From an uncultured Prevotella sp. (GTDB taxonomy: Bacteria > Bacteroidota > Bacteroidia > Bacteroidales > Bacteroidaceae): 54,229 bases of DNA. Within the stretch, counting starts at the first letter, position 1. Every line of letters begins with the position of its first letter. Of the stretch, positions 1 to 10,094 are shown piece by piece. Location of the stretch: positions 1 to 54,229 of the forward strand of contig CAZUWO010000005.1 in assembly GCA_964623995.1 (NCBI GenBank). The letters are read 5' to 3'. Position numbers and translations under genes: made by a program. Under the pieces are notes generated by a model. It worked only from the letters and a program-made list of their open reading frames with translations. It ran no database searches and was not told where the DNA came from.

Positions 1-430
1 CCTTTGCCGTATTAAAGTGGCTCACATCTATGCTGTCCAAAGCCTGACAATTATTGAACAATGACGACATATTTGTAACTTCAGACGTGTTTAGGTACTG
101 CATTCCGTCAATGTGCGTTAACTTTTTCATTCCGCTAAACCACTGACACATGGTTGTTGGCCGTGCTTTTGCAAACGAAGAGTCTATTACCACAGTCTGA
201 ACAGTGGCGTTACTTCTGGTCCATCCTGGTGCTACGGCTCCCGTATTGAGTGCATACGTACCGTCAGCGCCATTCTTTGCAATTGCTTCAGTGGCGTCAG
301 CATAAGTGAATTTAAGTGTTTTAGTGGTACCGGTAGAGTCTGTCGACAACACTGCTACGGGGATTTGGTCCGCCATGACATTAACACTGCAAGTCAATGC
401 TAATGCAATAAGAGTAAAAATTTTCTTCAT
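1..430 (-). CDS. BspA/DUF285-type leucine-rich-repeat surface protein, 5' part only (runs off the window start)
   Basis: Not in the ORF track; translated by hand from ATG at 430: MKKIFTLIALALTCSVNVMA (signal peptide) ... ARPTTMCQWFSGMKKLTHIDGMQYLNTSEVTNMSSLFNNCQALDSIDVSHFNTAK, typical BspA/DUF285 repeats. Upstream TAAGTTTG promoter motif at 559-552. Confidence 0.85.
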   Translation of the reverse strand, partial: MKKIFTLIALALTCSVNVMADQIPVAVLSTDSTGTTKTLKFTYADATEAIAKNGADGTYALNTGAVAPGWTRSNATVQTVVIDSSFAKARPTTMCQWFSGMKKLTHIDGMQYLNTSEVTNMSSLFNNCQALDSIDVSHFNTAK

Positions 431-644
431 GGACATTGTTATTTTATTATAAAATCTATGAGATTATTACATTCTTTTAAACCTATTCCATGCTTACGCA
501 CGAAACAGATGTCCAAAAAGGCATCACGATACTTTTCTTATCATTTATCCGCAAACTTAAGAAAAATATCCGAAATTAAATAATTAAAACTTAAAAAAGT
601 TACAATCTGATTTACCTTTCTTGGTCTTTGGCTTTTAAAAGCCA

Positions 645-1415
645 CTATCCTATCACCGTACCTTCAACAGAATTGATGGCCGTAGCCAGTGTGATTCTCA
701 CCTTGTTTACGCCCCCTTCTATTGCTTTGAGAGCATTTTCAATCTTGGGTACCATACCTCCGCTCACCACACCTGAGTCCTTTAGGCCGGCAAAATCGCT
801 ACGACTGATATGCGGTATCACTGAATTATCATCATCTGGATTACGCAATACACCCGGCTTTTCAAAACCATAGACGAGCGTAACATCATATACTTGGGCC
901 AGAGCCTTAGCCGATTCCTGCGCAATAGTATCGGCATTGGTGTTAAGAAGTGTGCCTTTGCCGTCGTGTGTTATAGGAGCGAGCACCGGAACAATGCCTT
1001 TCTCTATCAGATTGCTCAACGACTGTATGCCCACTTTGTCAACATCGCCCACAAATCCATAGTCTATCCCGTTCACTAACGGGCGGCGATGGCTGCGCAC
1101 CACATCGATATCGGCCCCCGTTAGCCCAACAGCATCAACTCCACGGGCCTGCAATTGGGCAACAATATTCTTGTTCACCAGTCCGGCATAGACCATAACA
1201 ACCACCCGAAGCATTTCTTCGTCGGTGATGCGGCGGCCCTCCACCATCCTTGTTTCTATGCCAAGGCTCGATGCTACCGACGTGGCCATGCGCCCACCAC
1301 CGTGAACCAGCAGCTTCCTGCCGTTGATAGAGGCAAATTCATTGAGTAATTTAGCAAGCTTATCAGGGCTCTCCACCACGGCCCCACCAACTTTAACTAT
1401 AGTCAGTTTTTCCAT
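645..1415 (-). CDS. argB: Acetylglutamate kinase
   Basis: IVKVGG, LVHGGG, RITD, LLNTNAD and GGMVPK motifs; 256 aa. Confidence 0.95.
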   Translation of the reverse strand: MEKLTIVKVGGAVVESPDKLAKLLNEFASINGRKLLVHGGGRMATSVASSLGIETRMVEGRRITDEEMLRVVVMVYAGLVNKNIVAQLQARGVDAVGLTGADIDVVRSHRRPLVNGIDYGFVGDVDKVGIQSLSNLIEKGIVPVLAPITHDGKGTLLNTNADTIAQESAKALAQVYDVTLVYGFEKPGVLRNPDDDNSVIPHISRSDFAGLKDSGVVSGGMVPKIENALKAIEGGVNKVRITLATAINSVEGTVIG

Positions 1416-1435
1416 TTTCAGAAGTTATTTTTATC

Positions 1436-1472
1436 GAAAAAATCGGCCAAAATTACTTCCGGCCGATTTTTC
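1436..1472. terminator. Intrinsic terminator-like hairpin
   Basis: GAAAAAATCGGCC...GGCCGATTTTTC stem with A/T tails, just downstream of the 1507-2679 gene. Confidence 0.7.
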
Positions 1473-1506
1473 TTTTGTATGTTTTGAAGTGTTGTTATCG
1501 TTGTTT

Positions 1507-2679
1507 TCAAAGGTAAGACTTCACTGTTTGCTCCACATTACCTATAGTAGATGGATTTCTTACCACATTATTGTCGCGGTCAACAAGGTAGAATATCGGG
1601 AAGGATTGGGCAGCTGAGGTGTAGACATTACTAACACCAGTATCATCATACACGTTTACCCAAGGTAGATTTGCCGTCTGCGTCTTCCAGAAATGCTCGT
1701 TTTCATCGAGTCCTACCATGTATATTTCAAGTCCTTGCTGATGGTATTTGTTGTAAAGGTCACGCAAACCCATGATGAATTGCGTGCTTCCCTGAGCAGA
1801 GAAGTCATGGAAGCAAATCAGTATCACTTTGCCTTTAAACTCTGTTAGCGACCGTTTGTGACCATTGTTGTCGTAAAGGGGCAAGTCGATAACACCTGTT
1901 TCCTGAACCTTTCTTGGGTCTATCTGCACCGTTTGCTGTTCACTCTTCACTATACGTTGGTTCTTCATGCCCTCAATAGCTATGTTATGAAGGTTCTTTC
2001 CTCGCTCCGACTTAGGATATAACATATCCCAACTAGTTGCCACGGCACCGAAAACCTTGATGTCTTTAGGGTCTCTGCGGGGGTCAAAGATAAGCTGACT
2101 CTGGCTGCCCACAGTAATATACTGGAACAAAGCAAAGTAAGCATAGGCTTTCATCGGCTCTTTGAAGATGTAATTCACCTCCACATCACGCTTGTAAGCA
2201 TCGACTAAGCGGTTTATTACAGCCAAAGATGAGTCGGCCGACATATTTGGATTGTCGGCGATCTGTTGTGCTTGCCACTGCAAGTTTATCTGTTTCAAGG
2301 CCAGTTCGCGTATCTTCGAACAGTTAGTAGAACCTTCAACAGTATAGTCTGTTGCCATTTGCGGCCACTTAGCTTTAACTGTTACGGTTTCTGTAGAATC
2401 GATAGAGACGTTTATTATCTGCCCTGCGATGCGCAGACGGTAGAACTCCGGGTTGTCAGGACGGTCGCCATCAAAGCTGAAAGAACCATCTTCACCGAGC
2501 TTAACAGAGTCTATTCTGGTGAAACCATCAAGCCCATTGTGCTCAAGAAAAAGTGTAGAGTCCTTCGCATTGGTTATCTCTCCTACGATGTGGAACTTAT
2601 CTTTGCCACACGATACGGTGAGAATCAAAGCCAAAACCATCAAACCGAGCGACGCGGGCCGCAACAATGTGTTTTTCAT
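1507..2679 (-). CDS. DUF4369/TlpA-like thioredoxin-fold lipoprotein lacking CxxC
   Basis: Lipobox LTVSC; C-terminal SLTEFKGKVILI...GLEIYMVGLD...LPWVNV...FYLVDRD thioredoxin-like domain. Start moved to ATG 2679 because a TACTTTTG promoter motif lies at 2720-2713. Confidence 0.75.
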   Translation of the reverse strand: MKNTLLRPASLGLMVLALILTVSCGKDKFHIVGEITNAKDSTLFLEHNGLDGFTRIDSVKLGEDGSFSFDGDRPDNPEFYRLRIAGQIINVSIDSTETVTVKAKWPQMATDYTVEGSTNCSKIRELALKQINLQWQAQQIADNPNMSADSSLAVINRLVDAYKRDVEVNYIFKEPMKAYAYFALFQYITVGSQSQLIFDPRRDPKDIKVFGAVATSWDMLYPKSERGKNLHNIAIEGMKNQRIVKSEQQTVQIDPRKVQETGVIDLPLYDNNGHKRSLTEFKGKVILICFHDFSAQGSTQFIMGLRDLYNKYHQQGLEIYMVGLDENEHFWKTQTANLPWVNVYDDTGVSNVYTSAAQSFPIFYLVDRDNNVVRNPSTIGNVEQTVKSYL

Positions 2680-2754
2680 TTTGTATGTTTGGTATTTTGT
2701 TTTTCTAAGGGGCAAAAGTAATAAAAATTTCTTATACTTCCACATTATTGCCTT

Positions 2755-3576
2755 TTAAAAACTTGCAAGCCATGCTTCAAGCTCCTCAAGGAGCTCTGTG
2801 TGATAGGCAAAAGTCATGTTAGAGCCGAATCCATGGCCACCATCAGGATACACATGCAGCGTGGCCGGAATGTCGTGGCGGTAAAGTTCCATATAGTAGT
2901 TTACGCCATTGGCCGGCGGAACCACAAGATCGTCGTCAGCAAGAACTATAAATGCCCTCGGAGTGATACGCGTTACGTGCATGTCACTTGAGTATTTCTT
3001 CTCGTCTTTCTTGCTTGCGCCCTTACCAAGAAGGTTATCGTGGGAGCCCTTATGGCCGTAACCGTCCATCATTGTTATAACAGGATAGAACAGTATTTGA
3101 AAGTCCGGCTTGGCTTCGCCGGTAGACTGTGTGGCAAGAGTGCTGGCCAAATGACCTCCTGCCGACGACCCCATGATGCCAACCTGGTCGGTCTTAATGC
3201 CCCAAGAGGTGGCATTGCGTCTCACAAGCTTCATAGCGTTCTCGGCATCCTCTATAGGAATGTCGGTGATACCATGGGGCATGCGGTACTTTAGCACCAC
3301 TGCGGCAATGCCTTTGCTGCAGAACCACTCGGCCCAGTCGGTACCTTCCTTCTTCATTGACAGATGTTCGTAGCCTCCGCCGGGGCATATCACCACGCAC
3401 CTTCCGGTGGCCTTGCTCTCCGAAGGCAGATACACCAGCACCTTGGCTGTGTCGGTTGGGTCGCCATTATCATGGTCTGGCTGACCCGAATAGAGGTTCA
3501 TTGTCATGGTGCGCTGTGCCATTGTCGGCATGGTTATAGCTGTTATGGCAAGTGCAAAAAGATATTTTAGTCGCAT
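2755..3576 (-). CDS. Secreted alpha/beta hydrolase (acetyl/feruloyl esterase-like)
   Basis: Signal peptide, CPGGGY oxyanion motif, GSSAGG nucleophile elbow, DDLVV and GGHGFG. Confidence 0.85.
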   Translation of the reverse strand: MRLKYLFALAITAITMPTMAQRTMTMNLYSGQPDHDNGDPTDTAKVLVYLPSESKATGRCVVICPGGGYEHLSMKKEGTDWAEWFCSKGIAAVVLKYRMPHGITDIPIEDAENAMKLVRRNATSWGIKTDQVGIMGSSAGGHLASTLATQSTGEAKPDFQILFYPVITMMDGYGHKGSHDNLLGKGASKKDEKKYSSDMHVTRITPRAFIVLADDDLVVPPANGVNYYMELYRHDIPATLHVYPDGGHGFGSNMTFAYHTELLEELEAWLASF

Positions 3577-3661
3577 TAATTATTGATTTATTGTTCCTTT
3601 TGGTTTTGCAAAGATAATTATTTTTTGTAATATTGCAGCCCGTAAAAACAGTTCTGTAATA

Positions 3662-5095
3662 ATGTATAAACTATTTTTAATTGTTGTCGCACTCTTGTTA
3701 ACGGTTGTTCCCACTGCCTTTGGCAAGGTAAAGCTTCCCCATCTGGTTTCAAATAACATGATTTTGCAGCAAAACTCCACCGTAAGACTGTGGGGATGGG
3801 CCAAGCCCGGAGCCAGAATCATGGTATCAACATCGTGGAGTAACAACAAGACCGCAGCCACAACCGACAGTGACGGCAAGTGGAAACTTACCGTACAGAC
3901 ACCCAAAGCCGACCATAAGTTGCACTGGGTGGAATTCAACGACGGCGACAAAGTGCGGGTAGACAGCATTCTTATGGGTGAAGTGTGGGTCTGCGCAGGC
4001 CAGAGCAACATGGAGATGCCTATAAAAGGGTTTACCGATTGTCCTGTGGAGGGATACAATGAAGCCATCATTGAATCGCCAAAATTTGCCGAAATACATT
4101 ATTGCAAGATACCTAGCCGCATGTCGATGAAGCCGGAAGACGACGCCAACTGCAAGTGGCTGCCCATAGGACCCACAACAGTAAAGGGCGCTTCGGCCAC
4201 TGGCTACTACTTCGGACAGACACTCTACAAGGCAATTGGAGTTCCCATAGGACTTATTGAGGCCAACATGGGTGGCACAAGGGTTGAGAGTTGGCTCACC
4301 GAAGATAACCTACGCAAATACACTGACGAACCTCTAACCGAAAGCGGGATACAGAAAATAAAAATGCAATGGTTGCGTCCGCTCGTCTGGGGCAACGCCA
4401 CCTTCAATCCGATAATAAACTACAGCATCAAGGGAATTATATTTTATCAGGGCTGTTCCAATGTGGACTCAAACAACAGCAAGTATGCCGAGCGGCTGAA
4501 ACTGCTGGTAGAGCAATGGAGAAGTCAGTTCGACGAGGGCGAAATACCGTTCTACTTCGTACAAATAGCACCCTACTACTGGTACGATAAAGACCCTAAC
4601 GGAATCTCGGGGGCATTGCTTCGCGAGCAGCAACTGCAGGCTGCCGACATGATTCCAAACAGTGGAATAGTCTGTACCAACGATCTCGTATATCCGTTTG
4701 AGGCAAAGCAGATTCACCCAAGGCAGAAAAAGCCCGTTGGTCAAAGGCTTGCCATGCTGGCCTTGAACCGCAATTACGGCATGAAAGACCTTATATGCGA
4801 GAGCAGTAGGTTCGACCGGATGGAAATTAAGGGCGATACGGCCATCATAAACCTTAAGAACACCTACGGAGTAGTGTCGAGATATCAGGACTTTCAAGGC
4901 TTTGAGATAGCAGGAGAGGACCGCGTTTTCCACCCCGCCACGGTAACTTACGATCGCCATATAGGCATAATGGTGCGCAGCAATGACGTGAAACAACCCG
5001 CAGCTGTGCGCTATTGCTTCCGCAATTTTCAGCTTGGCAACGTCAAGAATGCAGCCTTGCTGCCCCTCTTCCCTTTCCGAACCGACAATTGGTAA
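3662..5095 (+). CDS. Sialate O-acetylesterase family (SGNH/SASA) carbohydrate esterase
   Basis: Signal peptide, NMILQQ, GEVWVCAGQSNMEM, FYQGCSN and IHPRQK motifs. Confidence 0.88.
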   Translation: MYKLFLIVVALLLTVVPTAFGKVKLPHLVSNNMILQQNSTVRLWGWAKPGARIMVSTSWSNNKTAATTDSDGKWKLTVQTPKADHKLHWVEFNDGDKVRVDSILMGEVWVCAGQSNMEMPIKGFTDCPVEGYNEAIIESPKFAEIHYCKIPSRMSMKPEDDANCKWLPIGPTTVKGASATGYYFGQTLYKAIGVPIGLIEANMGGTRVESWLTEDNLRKYTDEPLTESGIQKIKMQWLRPLVWGNATFNPIINYSIKGIIFYQGCSNVDSNNSKYAERLKLLVEQWRSQFDEGEIPFYFVQIAPYYWYDKDPNGISGALLREQQLQAADMIPNSGIVCTNDLVYPFEAKQIHPRQKKPVGQRLAMLALNRNYGMKDLICESSRFDRMEIKGDTAIINLKNTYGVVSRYQDFQGFEIAGEDRVFHPATVTYDRHIGIMVRSNDVKQPAAVRYCFRNFQLGNVKNAALLPLFPFRTDNW

Positions 5096-5119
5096 TTACA
5101 ATATCACATTATCATATCA

Positions 5120-5677
5120 ATGCAAATACTGGAAAAATTACGCTACTGCCCCGTCTGCGGCAGCAAGCATTTCGAGCTGAACGGACCCAAAAGCCGACGC
5201 TGTTCCAACTGTGGGCTGGAGTATTTTGTCAATCCAAGCTCGGCTGTGGCAGGCTTTATAGTCAACGATAAGGGCGAGTTGCTCGTTGAAAAGCGCAAGC
5301 TCGACCCCGCTAAAGGTACGTTAGACCTGCCCGGTGGCTTCTGTGACACGGGCGAAACCCTTGAAGAAGCCATGAAGAGAGAGGTGATGGAAGAGACCCA
5401 TCTCGAAGTGGTGGACATGAAGTATTTTTGCTCCGACTCAAACAAATACCGCTTCAGCGGCCTCGATATCCCCACTCTCGACACCTTTTTTGAGTGCCAG
5501 GTGAATGACTTCTCTACGCTTAAGCCCGACGATGACGCGAGAAAATGCCTTTGGGTGCCACTTACCGACATCCACACCGAACTATTCGGCATGCGCTCTG
5601 TAAGGTTTTCGCTCCACAAATACCTTGATGCCAAGGGCATAAAGCTGGCCTCCGACAGCGAAGAAGACGAGCTCTGA
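5120..5677 (+). CDS. NUDIX hydrolase with N-terminal zinc ribbon
   Basis: CPVCG...CSNCG zinc ribbon; Nudix box PGGFCDTGETLEEAMKREVMEETH. Confidence 0.9.
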   Translation: MQILEKLRYCPVCGSKHFELNGPKSRRCSNCGLEYFVNPSSAVAGFIVNDKGELLVEKRKLDPAKGTLDLPGGFCDTGETLEEAMKREVMEETHLEVVDMKYFCSDSNKYRFSGLDIPTLDTFFECQVNDFSTLKPDDDARKCLWVPLTDIHTELFGMRSVRFSLHKYLDAKGIKLASDSEEDEL

Positions 5678-5750
5678 CCGCGATACAGCATTGCCTTCTT
5701 ATGCTAAAGGCAGAAATTTCTGACAGCGATTCTGCCCCTATAGACGACAG

Positions 5751-5806
5751 AAAGGGCCTTCCCCACTCTGCAGCCACAGTGTAAATGCAGTGGGGAAGGC
5801 CTTTTT
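5751..5806 (+). terminator. Intrinsic terminator hairpin
   Basis: 13-bp stem GGCCTTCCCCACT/AGTGGGGAAGGCC followed by TTTTT, downstream of the NUDIX gene. Confidence 0.75.
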
Positions 5807-5956
5807 CCTTGCCTCAAAATTACGGCACCAGTCCGCTCTTACGCAAAAGATTATACGGCAAAAACTTGCTTTCGGCAGGAAAAAGCCGTAACACTTGCAA
5901 AGTGGTTAAGTTACTGTTACTATGTGTTTTACAGCAACAATCCTGCTATATGTATG

Positions 5957-6015
5957 CCGTAATCGGATTACGAAACTGCCGTAATGCGATTACGAGGGTG
6001 CCGTAACAAGTTTAC
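5957..6015. repeat. Family A palindromic 22-bp tandem array (3 units)
   Basis: Units start at 5957, 5979 and 6001: ccgtaatcggattacgaaactg / ccgtaatgcgattacgagggtg / ccgtaacaagtttac. 5981-6015 matches 29457-29491 at 32 of 35 nt. Confidence 0.9.
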
Positions 6016-6168
6016 AAGACATCTATTCACTTACAGACCGTTATTCTTGGCATTATACAAGTGATGCCATCAGCCTGTAATTGACCTTTTATCCAATCTT
6101 TTATTGATATTGACGACTTTGCCAAACAGCAATAATTGAATCCGTTTGTCTATGTGACCGAAAAACAG

Positions 6169-6176
6169 TACCTTTG
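6169..6176 (+). promoter_or_regulatory. Bacteroidetes sigma-A -7 element
   Basis: TACCTTTG matches TAnnTTTG, about 35 nt upstream of ATG 6210. Confidence 0.7.
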
Positions 6177-6209
6177 CAAGTCGGAACTAAACAAACCGTA
6201 ACAGCAACC

Positions 6210-7703
6210 ATGGCAAACTTAAAATCACTCGCCAAAGATACGGCAATATACGGACTTAGCAGCATAATGGCCCGCTTTATCAATTATTTGCTGGTGCCGA
6301 TACAGACTGCCAAGTTCAACGCAGCAGGTGGTCAGTATGGCATTATCACCAATGTCTACGCCTATGTGGCCTTGCTCATAGTGCTGCTCACATACGGAAT
6401 GGAAACCACTTTCTTCCGTTTCATGAGCCGTAAGGGCGAAGACCCGAAAAAGGTTTACGCCACAACGCTCAAGACTGTTGGCTTTACGTCGTTTGTTTTC
6501 GCTCTTTTGGTGGTTATTTTCAATGAACCCATAGCCTCGTTGGTGGGCTATGCCGACCATCCAGAGTACATTCTCGTGATGTATGTAACCGTAGCCATCG
6601 ATGCTTTCACGGCCATCCCGTTCGCTTATCTGCGCTGCAAGCACCGGCCTGTTAAGTTTGCGGCCCTTAAAGTGCTCAACATCCTGTTCAACATCACACT
6701 CAACATTCTCTACCTCATAGTGCTTCCGGCACTCCGCATCAATCCCTTCGGCATCTACGACGACCACTTCACGCTCGACGTGGTATGGGTTTTCTACATC
6801 AACATGTTCTGTTCGGTGGCCACTCTGCTCATGCTTGGCAAAGAACTCAAGGCACTTAAGAACCCCTTTGACTGGCCTACCTGCAAGCGAATGCTCGGTT
6901 ACACGTGGCCATTGCTCATAATGGGGCTGTGCGGACAACTCAATCAGTGCGCCTCACAAATAATATTCCCATTCGTTTACGATGGTTCCGCAGCCGAAGC
7001 CCGCACCCAACTGGGCATATATGGGGCTTGCATAAAAATTGCTACCATAATGGTCATGATAACGCAAGCCTTCCGTTACGCTTACGAACCATTCGTTTTC
7101 GGCCAGGCTGGCAGCAAAAACAACAAGGAAACCTATGCCAAGGCCATGAAGTATTACATCATCTTCACCCTGTTGGCATTCCTAACGGTGATGGGATACA
7201 TGGATTTGCTGCGCTATATAGTAGGCAAAAGCTACTGGGAGGGCCTCGAAATAGTGCCAATAGTGATGGCAGCAGAGATTATGTTCGGTGTTTTCTTCAA
7301 CCTGAGTTTCTGGTACAAGCTTACCGACCGCACCATTTGGGGAGCCTATTTCAGCGGCATCGGAGCCGTAGTGCTCATTGTTGTCGACATAGTCTTCATT
7401 CCCCGCTTCAGCTATTGGGCCTGCGCCTGGGCCGGATTCATAAGCTATGCCGTGAGCATGGTGCTGAGTTACTTCTTCGGTCAGAAGTATTACCCTATAC
7501 GTTACCCCATGCGCGACATTGCCGTCTACGCTATTTTGGCGGCCGTAATCTTTGCCGCCATAAGCGCAAGCAACGCCTGCCTGCCCACAATAGCGGCCTT
7601 GCTGGTCAACACAGTGCTGCTTTTGGTCTTTGCTGCCTACATTGTGAAGAAGGATTTGCCGCTAAGCGGACTTCCTGTGGTGGGCAAATACTTCAAGAAA
7701 TGA
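6210..7703 (+). CDS. Polysaccharide/oligosaccharide flippase (Wzx/MOP superfamily)
   Basis: Multi-pass membrane protein starting MANLKSLAKDTAIYGLSSI; TYGMETTFFRF motif; ATG 6210 is downstream of the promoter motif. Confidence 0.85.
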   Translation: MANLKSLAKDTAIYGLSSIMARFINYLLVPIQTAKFNAAGGQYGIITNVYAYVALLIVLLTYGMETTFFRFMSRKGEDPKKVYATTLKTVGFTSFVFALLVVIFNEPIASLVGYADHPEYILVMYVTVAIDAFTAIPFAYLRCKHRPVKFAALKVLNILFNITLNILYLIVLPALRINPFGIYDDHFTLDVVWVFYINMFCSVATLLMLGKELKALKNPFDWPTCKRMLGYTWPLLIMGLCGQLNQCASQIIFPFVYDGSAAEARTQLGIYGACIKIATIMVMITQAFRYAYEPFVFGQAGSKNNKETYAKAMKYYIIFTLLAFLTVMGYMDLLRYIVGKSYWEGLEIVPIVMAAEIMFGVFFNLSFWYKLTDRTIWGAYFSGIGAVVLIVVDIVFIPRFSYWACAWAGFISYAVSMVLSYFFGQKYYPIRYPMRDIAVYAILAAVIFAAISASNACLPTIAALLVNTVLLLVFAAYIVKKDLPLSGLPVVGKYFKK

Positions 7704-9854
7704 ATGAAAAATAAAACAATACCATATATGAATAAGATAACAAGACTACTGGTTGCGGCCTCCATGGTGGGGCTAATGCCCGTCGGCGCTGCTGCCGACG
7801 AGGGCATGTGGACTATGTTCAACCTGCCCGAAGCCGTGTATAACCAAATGAAGCAAGAAGGCTTCACTCTGCCCTACAGCTCGCTCTACGAGGCCGACAA
7901 CGCCATAAAGAATTGTGTTGTCAACTTCTCCGGCTACTGTTCGGGCGTGGTGGTGAGCCCCGATGGACTGGTTTTCACTAACCATCATTGCGGTTTCTCA
8001 GCCATAAACAAGCACTCTACAGTCGAGCATGACTATATGCTTAATGGCTTTTACGCCAAGTCGTACGAGGAAGAGCTACCCAATGAAAACATGTTTGTGG
8101 CCTTCATGCGCTCTCAGGAGGATGTAACAGAGCGCGTTGAGGCAGCTCTCGCCGGCAAGTCTGCTGATGAAGCTGACATGGTCATTGACTCCATCAACAA
8201 CGTTATGAACGATTCGGTGAAGAAGATAGACAAGACCTTGAGCGTGGAAGTGCAGCCTTTCTATGAGGGTAACAAATATTACGCCACCACATACCAGTAC
8301 TTCAACGACCTAAGACTGGTGTTCACCGTGCCAAAGTCTATGGGTAAGTTCGGTGGAGAAACTGATAACTGGATGTGGCCCCGCCAAACTTGCGACTTCT
8401 CGGTATTCAGAATCTACGCCGACCCCAAGACTAACGGCCCCGCTAACTACTCTAAAGACAACGTGCCCTATCACCCCAAGAGCTGGGCTCCAGTATCTTT
8501 GCAAGGCTATAAGGATAAAGACTTCTCCATGACTGTGGGCTATCCCGGTTCAACAGAGCGTTATCTGTCGAGCTATGGAATAGAATCTATCCGCAATATC
8601 GAAAATTCCACGCGCATACAGGTGCGCACCATCAAGCTCGATATACTGAAAAAGTACATGGATGCCGACGAACAGACACGTATAAACTACGAGAACGCTT
8701 ACGTGGGTTCGGCCAATTACTGGAAGAATTCTATCGGTATGAACAAGTGTATCGACTCTATTGGCATCATAAACCAAAAGCGCGAGTATGAGAAACGTAT
8801 TCAAGCATTCCAGGATTCCACAAACTATCTGGCCCACAATGTCGATTTCCCACTGTTGAAGCACCTCTATGAGGCATCGGCTCCATACCATAAGGCCTCT
8901 ATGTATTGCCGTGAGTCGTTCTCAGGCAACTCAGAACTGCTCAAGAGAGCACTGCGTCTGAACTTAGGAATGGAGGTAAAAGGCCCCAAAAACAACGAGA
9001 AGAAGCAGTACATGGAGTTCGAAGACAACAGCGACAAGTGGAATCTGGCCCTCGACAAGGAGCTTACCAAGGCCATGATACGCAACTATCGTGAGCACGT
9101 GGACAAGGAGTTCTTGCCCGCTTTCTATACCATCGTTGACAAAGACTTCGGTGGTAATACCGACAAATTTGTTGATTGGGTTTACGAAAACACCAATCTT
9201 CTGAAGAAAGGCTATAAATTCTACTTCAACAAGAAGTCATTTAGGAAGGATCCTGCCGTATGTCTTGGCTTGGATATCTACGATATTCAGAGTGCAATAA
9301 TGCAGCAAATGCGACAGTATTACGACAGTATACAGGAGCAAGAGAAGTATCTCTGTGCTGCAAAGCTGCGTATGGAGGAGAACATGCCACACTATAGCGA
9401 CGCCAATTTCACCATGCGCTTGAGCTACGGACAGGTAGGCGGCTACATGATGGGAGCTCAACCAAGCGGCTATTACACCGATACTGAAAGCATCTTGCGC
9501 AAGATGGCAAAAGGAAATGAGAATGCCGACTACTTTGCTCAGCCCATAATGCACGACCTTATGGCTCAGAAAGACTTCGGACGTTACCAGGACAAGACCA
9601 CCGGAAAGCTGCAATTGTGCTTCCTTACCAATAATGACATCACTGGAGGTAACTCCGGTTCGCCCATGTTCGACGGCAAAGGACGCCTCATTGGGCTTGC
9701 TTTCGACGGCAACTGGGATGCCCTTTCGAGTGACATCAACTTCGATCGCGTACTCGCAAGGTGCATAGGAGTCGACATTCGCTACGTCCTCTATCTGATG
9801 GATCGCTGGGGCCACGCCGACAGACTGCTGAAAGAAATCAATCCTGTGGAATGA
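7704..9854 (+). CDS. S46 family dipeptidyl peptidase (DPP7-like)
   Basis: ADEGMW mature N-terminus, TNHHC, DNWMWPRQTCDFS, NDITGGNSGSP catalytic Ser. FDGNW has Gly at the S1 position (DPP7-like) rather than Arg (DPP11-like). Confidence 0.93.
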   Translation: MKNKTIPYMNKITRLLVAASMVGLMPVGAAADEGMWTMFNLPEAVYNQMKQEGFTLPYSSLYEADNAIKNCVVNFSGYCSGVVVSPDGLVFTNHHCGFSAINKHSTVEHDYMLNGFYAKSYEEELPNENMFVAFMRSQEDVTERVEAALAGKSADEADMVIDSINNVMNDSVKKIDKTLSVEVQPFYEGNKYYATTYQYFNDLRLVFTVPKSMGKFGGETDNWMWPRQTCDFSVFRIYADPKTNGPANYSKDNVPYHPKSWAPVSLQGYKDKDFSMTVGYPGSTERYLSSYGIESIRNIENSTRIQVRTIKLDILKKYMDADEQTRINYENAYVGSANYWKNSIGMNKCIDSIGIINQKREYEKRIQAFQDSTNYLAHNVDFPLLKHLYEASAPYHKASMYCRESFSGNSELLKRALRLNLGMEVKGPKNNEKKQYMEFEDNSDKWNLALDKELTKAMIRNYREHVDKEFLPAFYTIVDKDFGGNTDKFVDWVYENTNLLKKGYKFYFNKKSFRKDPAVCLGLDIYDIQSAIMQQMRQYYDSIQEQEKYLCAAKLRMEENMPHYSDANFTMRLSYGQVGGYMMGAQPSGYYTDTESILRKMAKGNENADYFAQPIMHDLMAQKDFGRYQDKTTGKLQLCFLTNNDITGGNSGSPMFDGKGRLIGLAFDGNWDALSSDINFDRVLARCIGVDIRYVLYLMDRWGHADRLLKEINPVE

Positions 9855-9914
9855 TTTTCAGTCCGGTCAAGCCATAACAGCAAGGCCGAACTTACACGAT
9901 AAAAACGTAAACAA

Positions 9915-9959
9915 GGGAGTTTCGTCTCCGAAAGCACAAAGACGGAGGCCGAAACTCCC
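9915..9959 (+). terminator. Stem-loop after the S46 peptidase
   Basis: GGGAGTTTCG-TCTCCG...CGGAGG-CCGAAACTCCC with a weak T tail. Confidence 0.55.
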
Positions 9960-10094
9960 ATATTTTGCGAATTAAAAGCACTGCAATCGCCCGCCGGTTG
10001 CGATACTCCTTTAAATCCAAACCGTTTCTACCGTCACAGGCCAAAGCCAAACCGCAGGCAGAAACACCAAATACCAATAAGCGAAAACAACACG

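Noticed and set aside
5751-5806. Cobalamin riboswitch (GCCAC...GGGAAGG-like bases)
   Set aside because: The bases belong to a simple 13-bp terminator stem; the rest of the riboswitch core and any B12-related gene are absent.
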